Below, piece after piece: positions 15,301-28,422 of a stretch of DNA of 64,000 nt; position 1 is the stretch's first letter; every line of letters begins with the position of its first letter. Both the position numbers and the translations under genes were made by a program. Under the pieces are notes generated by a model that saw only the letters and a list, made by a program, of their open reading frames with translations, had not been told where the DNA came from and did no database searches. This stretch comes from the human T2T-CHM13v2.0 reference genome, Homo sapiens, in the NCBI RefSeq assembly GCF_009914755.1, contig NC_060930.1, one strand, 5' to 3'.

Positions 15301-15660
15301 AAAAATAATAGCATTCATAGTGACCTGAATGGAATTGGAGACCATTATTCTAAGTGAAGTAACTCAGGAATGGAAAACCAAACATTGCATGTTCTCATTC
15401 ATAAGTGGGGGCTAAGTTATGGGAATGCAAAGACATAAGAAAGATACAATGGGCTTTGGGGACTCCAGGGAAAGGGTGGGAGAGGGGTGAGGGATAAAAG
15501 ACTACAGATTGGGTACAGTGTATACTGCTTGGGTGATGGGTGCACCAAAATGTCAGAAATCACCATTAAAGAATTTATTTATGTAACCAAACACCACCTG
15601 TTCCACCAAAAACCTATGGAAATAAAAAGTAAAAATAAAATAAATTAAAAAAGAAAAAAA
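15301..15660 (+). mobile_element. L1PB1/2-like 3' end with A tail
   Basis: ggagaccattattctaagtgaagtaactcaggaatggaaaacc...tgggtgatgggtgcaccaaaat...aaacctatggaaataaaa. Confidence 0.88.
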
Positions 15661-15681
15661 TTTTCTTTTAAAGCATCACCT

Positions 15682-15830
15682 GTGAATCAGAGAATCCTCA
15701 CCAGACACTGAAACTGCTGTCACTTAGGTCTTGGACTTCCCAGCTTCCAAAACTGTGAGAAATATGTTTTTGTTGTTTATAGACTCCAGTTTGAAGTGCT
15801 TTGTTATAGTAATCAAAATTAACTAAGACA
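15682..15830 (+). mobile_element. MLT1A0-like LTR, 3' half (continues 13739-13940)
   Basis: gtgaatcagagaatcctcaccagacactgaa...cttggacttcccagc...aactaagaca. Confidence 0.8.
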
Positions 15831-15879
15831 GATGAACACTCCAGGCAGAGGGAGTAGCATTAGCCACTATCAAAAGCAT

Positions 15880-16097
15880 GACATGGTACATATGTGTTTT
15901 CATATTGTTAGGGCAAAAGTTAAGTGTATTTATAGACTGGTTAGATATTGTCGAATTCCCCTCCAGAAAGATTGTGTCATATTACATTCTCATGAGCAAT
16001 GAAAAGAGTGCCTGTTTCCCCAGTGTCAAAAGTACATGCTGTCATATTTCAGAATTTTGTCCGTTTACTAGGTGAGACATAACATATTTGTGGTATT
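15880..16097 (-). mobile_element. Old L1ME-like fragment (appears to resume at ~35810)
   Basis: ccctccagaaagattgtg...tacattctcatgagcaatg...tttgtggtatttta. Confidence 0.5.
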
Positions 16098-16184
16098 TTA
16101 GGTTGTTATTTTTACTATCTTATTGAGGTTTAATTGACATACAATACATTGCACATTTTTAAAGTGGACAGTTTCATAAGTTTT

Positions 16185-16188
<4 letters not shown>

Positions 16189-16230
<42 letters not shown>
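16189..16230. repeat. (TA)21 microsatellite
   Basis: Uninterrupted TA run, 42 bp. Confidence 0.97.
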
Positions 16231-16233
<3 letters not shown>

Positions 16234-16445
16234 GAAACCACCATGACAATCAAGATAATGAACAGGATTGAATGCAGAGCAAGATGGCCAAATAAAAGGC
16301 TCCACCAATCATCCTCCTTGCAAGAGCAGCAAACTGAACAGCTATCCACAGAAAAAACACATTCATAAGGACTAAAAATTAGGTTAGCAACCACAGTACC
16401 TGGTTTTAATTTCATATCACTGAAAGAGACACTGCAGAGGGTAGA

Positions 16446-16643
16446 AAAACCCTGCCTCCTCTAAAAGTACAAAATTTAGCCAGGCACGGTGGCATGTGCC
16501 TATAGTCTCTGCTACCCAGGACGCTGAGGCAGGAGAATGGCTTGAACCCAGGATGCGGAGGTTGCAGTGAGCCTAGATGGCACCACTGCACTCCAGCCTC
16601 GTTGACTGAGCGAGACTCTATCTTGAAAAAGAAAAAAAAAAAA
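16446..16643 (+). mobile_element. 5'-truncated AluS (linker plus right arm) in L1 5'UTR
   Basis: aaaccctgcctcctctaaaagtacaaaatttagcc...gagcgagactctatcttg followed by A tail. Confidence 0.88.
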
Positions 16644-18827
16644 GCCTCTCTTTTATTACTGACACTGCCTTTCCCCCTTCCCCTGGCAATGGCCACATAC
16701 ACAGAGAGAAAATCTGTGCACTTTGAGGAGGGAAATTGGAGTGGTTGTGGGATTTTGCGTTGGAATTCTGTGCTGCCCTGCCACAGCAGAAAGATACACC
16801 AGGCAGAACCCAGATGGCACCCACGGAGGGAGAATTTAGACCAGCTCTAGCCAGAGGGGAATCATCCGTCGCAACACTAGGAGCTTGAGTTCCAGCAAGG
16901 CCCGCAACCACAAGCTGAATTGTTCTGGGGCCCTAAATACACTTGAAAGGCAGTCTAGATAGCAAGAACTGCAATTCCTGGACAAGTCCTGATGCTGTAC
17001 TAGTCTCAGAGCCAGTGCACTTGGAATGCATGTGACCTAATGAGGTACCAGCCAGGGTAACAAAGGGACTGCTTGTGTCACTCCCTTCCCCATCCCAGGC
17101 AGCATAGCATGCAGCTCCAGGAGAGACTCCTTCCTTCCACTTGAGGAGAAGAGAAGGGAGAGTAAAGGGGACCTTTTCTTAGAACTTTGATACCAGCACA
17201 GCTGCAGTAGAATAGGGCACCAAGCAGAGCCCTGAGGCCCCCATTCCAGACCCTAGATTTCAGATGACATTTTTAGACACACCCTGGACCAAAAGAGAAC
17301 AAACTGCCCTGAAGGAAGGCCTCAGTCTTGACAGAATTCAGCACCCACTGACTAAGGAGTCCTTGGGCCATACATAATCAGCAGCAGTGGCCAAGCACTA
17401 TTCACTGCAGGCCTTGGATGAGCCTCAGAGCTGTGCTGGCCTCAAGTATGAGCAAGCACATTCCTACTAGTGTTCATGGGGAAAGACTCTTATGGCTTGA
17501 GAAAAGGGGAGGAATGTGTACAGGGGACTTTGTCTTAGAGCTTATGTACCAGGTTGGCAACAGTGGGATAAAGGAGCAAGCAGGCTCTTGGAGTCCCCAA
17601 TTCCACACCTTGGTTGTGGATGGCATTTCTTGACTTATTCTGGGCCAAAGAGGAGCCCACTTCCTGAAGGAAGAGACTCAGGACTAGCAGCATTCATCAC
17701 CAGCTGACTGAAGAGCCCTTGGGCCTAGAGTGAACATTGATCATAGCCAGACAGTATTTGTTACAGGCCTGAGCAGTGGTGGCCATGGCAAGAGATTCAA
17801 CTGCTTTTGGAAAGGGTAAGAAAAACTGGGAAAAACTTTGTCTTGTGGCTTGAGTGCCAGCTCAGCCACAGTAGAACAGAGCACCGGGTGGATTCCTAAG
17901 GTTTCAGACTCCAGACCCTGGCTCCCAGACAACATCTCTGGGCCTGACTAGTACTGGGGAGAACTCATTGCCCTTAAGGGAAAGATACAAGCCTGGCTTC
18001 CTTTGCCACCTGCTGATGGTAGAGCCATAGAGTCTTGAGTAAACATAGGTAGTAGCCAGGCAGTAGTTACTGTGGGCCTTGGACATGTTTCAGTACAGTA
18101 CTGGCTTCAGGTCTAACCCATGGCAGTCCCAGTGGTGGTAGCCACAGGGATGTTTGTTTTACCCCTCCCCCAGCTCCGGGGAACTCAGGAGAGAGAGAGA
18201 GAGACTCTGGGAGAAAGTAAAGGAAGAAAACAAGTGTCTCTGCTTGGTAACTCAGAGAAATCTTCTAGATCTTATTCAAGATCACCAAGTCAATACCTCT
18301 AAGAGTCTGCAAGATCTATAGTGTTACTGTGTTTGGGGTGCCCATTGATGCAAATATGGCTGCAGGGGCCAAAACATGGATCATAACACCCAAGTCACTT
18401 CAAATACCTGGAAAGCATTCCCATGAATGATGGGTATAAACAAGCAAAGACTACAAGGGCTACAATAAGTACTTAACACTTCAATGCTCAGACACCAGTG
18501 TACATTCACAAGCATCAAAACCATCCAGGAAAACATGACTTCACCAAAGGATCTAAAAAAGGCACCAGCACCAATTCTGGAGAGACAGTGAAGTGTGACC
18601 TTTTAGACAGAGAATTCAAGTTAGCTGTTTTGAGAGAGCTCAGTGAAATTTAAGATAACACAGAGAAGGTATACAGAATCCTGTAAGATACATTTAACAA
18701 AGAGCTTGAAATTAAAAAGAATCAAACAGAAATTCTGCACTTCAAAAAATGCTATTACATACCAAAAAATGCATTAGAGTCTCTTAACAGCAGAACTGAT
18801 CAGCAGAACAAAAAAATTAGTGAGCTT

Positions 18828-19123
<296 letters not shown>

Positions 19124-20521
19124 TCACAGGAGACAAATAAAAGGAATAAAAAAGAATGAAGTGCACCTATAATATCTAGGGCAAATCTAAGAGTTATTGA
19201 CCTTAAAGAAGGGGGAAAGAGAAAGATATAGATGTAAAAAGTTTACTCAAAGGGTTAATTACAGAACATCCCAAACCTAGAGAAAGATATCAGTATTCAA
19301 GTACAAGAAGGTTATGAACTCCAAGAAAATTTAACCCAAATAAACTACCTCCAGACATTTAATAATCAAACTTCTAAAGATCAAGGTGAAAGAAAGGATC
19401 TTAAAAGCAGCAATAGAAAAGAAACAAATAACATACAATGGAGCTCCAATATGTATGGTAGCAGACTTTTCAGTGGAAATGTTATAGGCCAAGAGATAGT
19501 GGCATGATATATTTAAAGCTGAAAGAAAAAAAAAATTCTACCTTAGAATAGTATATCCAGCAAAAATACCTTTAAAACATGAAGGAGAAATAGAGACCTT
19601 CTCAGATGAATGAATGCTGAGGGATTTCATCAACACCACACCTGTCCTACAAGAAATGTCAAAAGAAGTTCTTCCATATGAAAGAAAAGGATGTTAATGA
19701 GCATTAAGAAATCATCTGAAGGTAGAAAACTCACTGGTAATAGTAAATACACAGAAAAACAAATAATATTATAACACTGTAATTGTGTTGTACAAATTGT
19801 TCATATCTTACGTAAAAAGACAAAACAATGAACTGATAAAAAATAATAACCACAACAACTTTTCAATATATCAGTACAATAAAATATAAATAGAAATAAC
19901 AAACAGGGAAAAATGGAGGGGGGAAGTTAGTGTAGAGATTTATTAGCTTTCTCTTTGATATTTTTACTAGTTCATTTGTTAGTTTATGCAATTGATGTTA
20001 ATTTGTCATAAATTTAAAATAATGGGTTATAAGATATTATTTGCAAGTCTCATCGTAACCTCAAATCAAAAGCATACAATTGACACAAAAAAATAAAAAG
20101 AAATTAAAACGTACCACCAGAGAAAATCACCTTCACTAACAGGAAGATAGGAAGGATGGAAAGAGGGAAGAGAAAAACACAAAACAACAAGAAAACAAAT
20201 AAAATGAGTATGTCCTTACTTGTTAGTAATAATATTGAATGTAAATGGACTAGTCTGTCCAATCAAAAGACATAGAGGGGCCAAATGGATAAAGAAACAA
20301 GAACCATTGATCTGCTGCCTACGAGAAACAAATCTCAACTATAAAGACACACATAGACTGAAAATAAAGGAATGGAAAAAGATATTTTATGAGAATCAAA
20401 ATCAGAAACAAAGGATCGTGATAAGCTATATTTATATCAAAACAAAGTATAGATTTCAAGACAAAAACTATAAGAAGAGACAAAGAAACTTAATATATAA
20501 AGATAAAGGGGTGAATTCAGC

Positions 20522-23037
20522 AAATATATACATATTTGTTATATATCTATTTATAAATAAATAAACATAAATATATAAATAAATATAAATATATAAATAA
20601 ATATATATTTATTATATATAAATATATAAATAAATATATATTTATTATATATAAATATATAAATAATATATGTATTTATTATATATAAATATATATATTA
20701 AATAAATAATATATAAATAAATAAATATACAAAATAAATATATATATGAAATAAATACATATTATAAATAAATATAAATATATAAATAAGTATAAATATA
20801 TATAAATATAAACATATAAATAAATATAAATATATGTAAATATATATTTATAAATAAATATAAATATATGTAAATATATATTTATAAATAAATATAAATA
20901 TATGTAAATATATATTTATAAATAAATATAAATATATGTAAATATATATTTATAAATAAATATAAATATATGTAAATATATATTTATATAAATATAAATA
21001 TATATAAATATATATTTATGTATATATAAATATATATTTATAAATATATATAAATATATATTTATAAATATCTATAAATATATATTTATAAATATATATA
21101 AATATAAATATATATGAATATATATTTATATATATAAATATATATTTATATATATATATTTATATATATATAAATATATATAACTATATACAAAAATATA
21201 TTTATAAATATATATAAATATATAAAAATATATTTATAAATATATATAAATATATAAAAATATATTTATAAATAAATATAAACATATAAAAATATATATT
21301 TATAAATATATAAAAATATATATTTATAAATAAATATATATAAATAAATATATATTTATAAATAAATATATATAAATAAATATATATTTATAAATAAATA
21401 TATATAAATAAATATATAATTGTAAAAAAAGATATATAAATAAATATATATTTATAAATAAAGATATATAAATAAATATATATTTATAAATAAATATATA
21501 AATAAATAAATATATATATAAATAAATATATATTTATAAATATATATTTATAAATATATATATATTTATAAATATATATTTATAAATAAATATATATTTA
21601 TAAATATACATATATTTATAAATAAATATATATTTATAAATAAATATATATTTATAAATATATATATATTTATAAATATATATATATTTATAAATAAATA
21701 TAAATAAATATATTTATAAATAAATATAAATAAATATATTTATAAATAAATATATTTATAAATAAATATATTTATAAATAAATATATTTATAAATAAATA
21801 TAAATAAATATATTTATAAATAAATATATTTATAAATAAATATAAATAAATATATTTATAAATAAATATATTTATAAATAAATATAAATAAATATATATA
21901 AATATATATTTATAAATAAATATAAATAAATATATATTTATAAATAAATATAAATAAATATATATTTATGAATAAATATAAATAAATATATATTTATAAA
22001 TAAATATAAATAAATATATATTTATAAATAAATGTATATATTTATAAATAAATATAAATATATAAATAAATATAAATATATAAATAAATATAAATATTAT
22101 AAATAAATTTATATTTATAAATATGTATATTTATAAATATAAATATATAAATATGTGTATTTATAAATATGTATATTTATAAATATAAATATAAAATATA
22201 TAAATATATACTTATAAATATAAATATAAATATATATTTATAAATATATATTTATAAATATAAATATATATTTATAAATATATATTTATAAATATAAATA
22301 TATATATTTATAAATATATATTTATAAATATAAATATATATATTTATAAATATAAATATATGTTTATAAATATAAATATATATATTTATATATACATATA
22401 TATATATTTATAAATATATATTTATATATATTTAAATATAAATATAAATATATATATTTAATTATTATATATATATTTATATATAAATATATATTTATAA
22501 ATATAAATATATATATTTATATATAAATATATATATTTAAATATATATATATATTTAAATATAAATATATATATTTAAATATAAATATATATATTTAAAT
22601 ATAAATATATAAATATATATTTATAAATACAAATATATAAATATATATATTTATAAATATAAATATATAAATATATATATTTATAAATATAAGTATATAA
22701 ATATATATTTATAAATATAAGTATATAAATATATATTTATAAATATAAGTATATAAATATATATTTATAAATATAAGTATATAAATATATATTTATAAAT
22801 ATAAGTATATAAATATATATTTATAAATATAAGTATATAAATATATATTTATAAATATAAATATATAAATATATATTTATAAATATAAATATATAAATAT
22901 ATATATTTATAAGTATAAGTATATAAATATATATTTATAAGTATAAGTATATAAATATTTATTTATAAATATAAATATATAAATATTTATTTATAATATA
23001 TATATTTATAAATATATTTATTTATAAATATATATTT
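20522..23037. repeat. ~2.5 kb AT-rich minisatellite/low-complexity array
   Basis: Almost only A/T; periodic sub-blocks (34-bp period with G at 20836, 20870, 20904, 20938, 20972; 28-bp period with G at 22693-22833). Confidence 0.97.
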
Positions 23038-23039
23038 AC

Positions 23040-23309
23040 ACTCAACAATGGAGCATCCAGATATATTAAGCAAATATTACCAGTGCTAAAGAGCTATTTG
23101 ATATATGTATACACATTATATGTGTGTATATATTTTTATTATATACACACATTATTTATGTGTGTATATATTTTTATTATATACACACATTATTTATGTG
23201 TGTATATATACACATTATATATATATGTGTGTGTTTACATATATACAATATATATACTCAACAATGGAGCATCCAGATATATTAAGCAAATATTACCAGT
23301 GTTAAAGAG
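23040..23309 (+). repeat. 54-bp direct repeat (23040-23093, 23256-23309) bracketing a ~38-bp (CA/TG/TA) tandem repeat
   Basis: actcaacaatggagcatccagatatattaagcaaatattaccagtg(c/t)taaagag occurs twice with one mismatch. Confidence 0.93.
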
Positions 23310-25106
23310 ATGGAGTTCAATAAAATAAAATAAACTAACACCTAGAGACTTCAACACCCAACTTTCAGCATTAGGAACTCCATCCAGACAGAAAATCAAT
23401 GAAGAAATATTGGACTTAATCTGCACTGAAGGTCAAATGGACCTGAGATATTTGTAAATCATTCTACCCAACATACAGAGAATACACATTCTGTTCCTTA
23501 GCACACAGATCATTCTTAAGGGTAGATAATATATTAGGACTCAAAAGAAGTCTTAAAAATTTCAAAAAAAATGAATTATGTTGTGGCTTTTCTGACACCA
23601 TGGAATAAATCTAGAAATTAATAACATGAGGAATTTTTGAAACTACACAAATACATGGAAATTAAACAATATCTTCCTGAATCACCAGTGGTCAATGAAG
23701 ACATTTAGAAGAAAATTAAAAATTTTTTTTGAAACAAGTGAAAATGGAAGTACAAAATATGAAAACCTATGTGATACACCAAATGCATTACCAAGAGAAA
23801 AGTTTATATCAAGAAGTACCTATATCAAAAATATATAAAATATTTAAATATACACCCTAGTGATTCTTTTAAAGGAACTAGAAAAGCAAAAGCATGTGAA
23901 ACACAAAATTAGTAGAAGAAAAGTAATAATACTGATTAGAGCAGAAATAAATGAAATTGAAAAGAAGGATATGTACAAAAAAGCAACAAAATGAAAAGTT
24001 GGCTTTTTGAAAAGATAAATAAAATCAACAAGCCTTTAACAAAACTAAGAAAAAAAAGGCAAGATCCAAATAAATAAAATCAGATAAAAATGGGGACATT
24101 ACAGCAGATACAGCAGAAATTGAAAGGATCATTAGAGGTAATTATGAGAAACAATATGCCCATAAATTTGAAAACCTAGAAGAAATGGATAAATTATAAC
24201 AAACGTACAACTGACCAAGATTGAGCTACAAAGAAATCCATAACATGAAGAGACCAATAACAAGTGAAGAGATTGGAGCCATAATAAAATGTTTCTGAGC
24301 AAAGAAAAGCCCAACACCCAATGGCTCTACCATTGAATTTTACCAAAAATATAAAGAACTCAAATCAAATCTACTCAAACTATGCCAAAATATAGAAAAG
24401 CAGACGCTTCCAAATTCTCTCAATGAGGCCAGTATTACTCTAATACCAAAACCAGGCAAAGACACATCATAAAAAGAAAAATACAACCAAATATCACTGA
24501 TAAACGTTAACACAAAATCCTAGCAAAAATAGTAGCAAACCAAATTCAACAAAACATTAAGAAAGATCATTCTTCTTGACCAAGTGAAATTTATCCCAGA
24601 GATGCAAGGATGGTTTCTACACATACATATCAGTCAATGTAATACATCATGTCAACAGAATGAAGGACAAATACATATGATCATTCTTGTTGATGCTGAA
24701 ATAACATTTGACAAAATTCAACATCCCTTTATAATTAAAAACTCTCAAAACATTGGGTATACCTCAACAAAGCAAAACATATATGAAAGACCCACAGCTA
24801 GTATCATACTGAATGGTGAAAAACTAAAAGCCCTTCCTTAAGATCTGGAAAGTGATAAGGATGCCTGCTTTCACCACTGTTATTCAACATAATAATGAAA
24901 GTCGCAGCTATAATAATCAGATAAGAGAAGGAACTAAAGGGCATCGAATTCGAAAGAAAGAAAAGTAGCCTTGTTTGCAGATGATATAATCTTATATTTG
25001 GAAAAACATAAAGACACCACCAAAAAATCTATTAGGACTCATAAATTCACCAAAGTTGCAAGATACAAAATCAACATACAAATGGTAGCATTTTCACATT
25101 TCCATT

Positions 25107-25909
25107 CATCTTCTTTTATTATTATACTTTAAATTCTGAGATACATGTGCAGAACGTGCAGGTTTGTTACATAGGTATACACATGCCATGGTGGTTTGCT
25201 GCACCCATCAACCCGTGATCTACATTAGGTATTTCTCCTACTGCTATTGCTCCCCTAGCCCACCACTCCCTGACAGGCCCTGATGTGTGATGTTTCCCTT
25301 GCTGTGTCCATGTGTTCTCATTTTTCAACACCGACTTATGAGTGAGAACATGTGGCGTTTGGTTTTCTGTTCCTGTGTTAGTTTGCTGAGAATGATGGTT
25401 TCCAGTTTCATCCACGTCCCTGCAAATGACATGAACTCATCCTTTTTTATGGCTGCATAGTATTCCGTGTTGTATATGTGCCACATTTTATTTATCCAGT
25501 CTAACATTTATGGGCATTTGTGTTGGTCCCCAGTCTTTGCTATTGTGAATAGTGCTGCAATAAACATACGTGTGCATGTGTCTTTATAGTAGAATGATTT
25601 ATCATCCTTTGGGTATATACCCAGTAATGGGGTTGCTGTGTCAAATGGTATTTCTGCTTCTAGATCCTTGAGGAATCATCACACTCTCTTCCACAATGGT
25701 TAAACTAATTTATGCTCCCACCAACAGCATAAAAGCATTCCTATTTCTCCACATCCTTTCCAGCATCTGTTGTTTCCTGACTTTTTAATGATCGCCATTC
25801 TAACTGGCATGAGATAGTATCTCATTGTGATTTTCATTTGCATTTCTCTAATGACCAGTGACAATGAGCTTTTTTACACATATTTGTTGGCCACATGAAC
25901 AGACACTTC
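25107..25909 (-). mobile_element. 5'-truncated, 5'-inverted L1PA7-like insertion
   Basis: 3'UTR ctgagatacatgtgcagaacgtgcagg...acattaggtatttctcc; TSD ttcacatttccatt at 25093-25106 and 25907-25920; inverted atgaacagacacttc at 25895-25909. Confidence 0.9.
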
Positions 25910-27865
25910 ACATTTCCATTTTTCAACAGTTAACTACCTAAAAAAGATATCAAAAAATCCCATTTTAATACCTAAAAATAAAATAATATACCTAGAAATT
26001 AACTTAACCAAAGAAGTGAAAGATCTCTATAATGAAAAAATAAAACACTGATAAAATAAATCGAAGAGAAAACCAAAAAAGGAAAAATATTCCATGTTCA
26101 TGGATTGAAATAATTAATATTGTTATAATGCCTATACTACCCAAAGCAACCTACAGATTCAATGAAATCCTTGTCAAAACACCAATGATATTCTTCATAG
26201 AAATAGATAAAATAATCCAGAAATATACATGGAAACACAAATGACCCAGGATAGCCAAAACTATCCTGAGCAAAAAGAGTAAAACTGGAAAAATCACATT
26301 ACCTGTCTATATTTTACTACAGAATATATTCACCAAATCAGCTTAGTATTGGCATAAAAACACATAGACCAATGACGCACATTAGAGAGCCCATAAACAA
26401 ATCCACACACCTACACTGAACTCGTTTTTGACAAAGGTGCCAAAAACTTACACTGTGGAAAAGACAGTCTCTTCAATAAATTGGCAAGACTGGATATCAG
26501 TATACAGAAGAATGAAACTAGACAACTTGTCTCACCATATACAAAAGTCAAATCAAAAATGAATCAAATATTTCAATCTAAGACCACAAGCTGTGAAACT
26601 ACTACAAGAAAACATTGGGAAATCACTCCAGGGCATTGATCTGGGCAAAGATTCCTTGGGTAATATCCCACAAGCACAGGCAAACAATGCAAACATGGAC
26701 AATTGGGATTATATCAAGTGAAAAAGCTTCTGCACAGAAAAGGAAATAATCAACAAAGTGAAGAGACAACATCAGAATGGGAAAAATATATTTTCAAACT
26801 ATCTGACAAGGGATTAATAATCAGAATACATAAGGAATTCAAACAATTCTATAGGAAAAAATCTAATAATTCCATCAAAATGGACAGAAGATCAAAACAA
26901 ACATTTCTCAAAAGAAGACATACAAATATCACATATATACATAAAAGTGCTCAACATCTTTGATCATCAGATAAATGCAAGTCAAAACTACAGTGAGATA
27001 TTGTCTCACCCTAGTTAAAATGTATTTTTTTTCAAAAGAGACAATAACAAATGTTGATGAAGGTGTGAAGAAAAGGGAACCCTCATACGCTGTTGGGAAT
27101 ATAAATTATTACAACCGCTATGGAGAACAGATTGGAGGTTCCTCCAAAAAACTAAAAATGGAACTACCGTATGATACTTCAATTCCACTGCTAACTATAT
27201 GCCCCGAAGAAAGGAAATCAATATATTAAAGAGGTCTCTGCACTCCCATATTTATTGCAGCACTATTCACAATAACTGACTTGCAAGCAACTTAAGTGTC
27301 CATCAGTGTAAGAATAGATAAAGAAAATATTGTGCATGCACGTGATGGAGTACTATTCAGCCATAAAAAAGAATGAGATCTTGTCATTTGCAACAATATG
27401 GATGGAACTGGAGGCCATTATGTTAAGTGAAATAAGCCAGGCACAGAAAGACAAACTCCACATGTCATCTCTTACTTATTTGTGGAAGCTAAAAATTAGA
27501 ACAATTGAACTCATGGAAATAGCGAGTAGAATGATGGTTACTAGTGGCTGGGAAGGGTAGAGGGAGGTGAGGGTAGTAAGGATGGCTAATGGGTAGAAAA
27601 ATAGAGTTAGATAGAATGAATAAGATCTAGTACTTGAACACATAACAGGGTGACTACAGTCAAAAATAATTTATGATACATGTTTAAATAACTAAAAGAG
27701 TATAATTGGATTGTTGGTAATATAAAGAAAAGATACATGTTTTAAGTGATGGATATCTCATTTACTCTGATGTAATTATTATGCATTGTATGCTTGTATC
27801 AAAATGTCTTATGTACCCCATAAATATTTATACCTACTACATACCCACAAAAATTAAAAATTAAA

Positions 27866-28238
27866 GTCCAAAGTAAGCAGAAGAAAATAAATACTAAAAT
27901 TTAAAGCAGAAATCAATGAAAGTGAAAACAGGAAACCAATAGAGAAAATCAACAAAACCTAAAGCTGCTTCTTCGAAATGATCAATAAACCCCTACCCAG
28001 GCTAATCAAGAAAAATAAAAAGGGAGAAGACACAAATTACTAATATACGAACTGAGAGGCCATCATTACAGATCCCATGAACAATGAAAATACAATAAAA
28101 AACATTTATGCACACAAATGTGATAGCTTAGATGAAATGAAGGAGTTCCCTGAAAAGCAAAATGTATCTAATCTCATACAAGGGGAATAGATCATCTCAA
28201 TAGTCCTATACTTATTAAGAAAATGAAAACAAATTTTT
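27866..28238 (+). mobile_element. Old L1 ORF2 fragment immediately 3' of the L1MA2/3 tail (candidate transduced flank)
   Basis: ccaaagtaagcagaagaaaataaa...gcagaaatcaatgaa...gatcccatg; out of order relative to the preceding element. Confidence 0.75.
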
Positions 28239-28279
28239 AAAAAAGCAAACATGTGCATTACCCCAAAAGTCTCTTTGTA

Positions 28280-28422
28280 TTTGATTTTTATTTTTTTAGT
28301 TCTTTAGAAATGAAGTCTCGCTATGTTCCCCAGGCTTGTCTCAAACTCCTGACTTGAAGTGATCCCCCCACCTCTGCCTCCCACAGTGCTGAGATTTTAT
28401 GTGTGATCCACTGTGTGCAGCC
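28280..28422 (-). mobile_element. FLAM_C / Alu left monomer
   Basis: gtctcgctatgttccccaggcttgtctcaaactcctgac...cagcc; TSD ccaaaagtctcttt / ccaaaaggttcttt. Confidence 0.88.
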
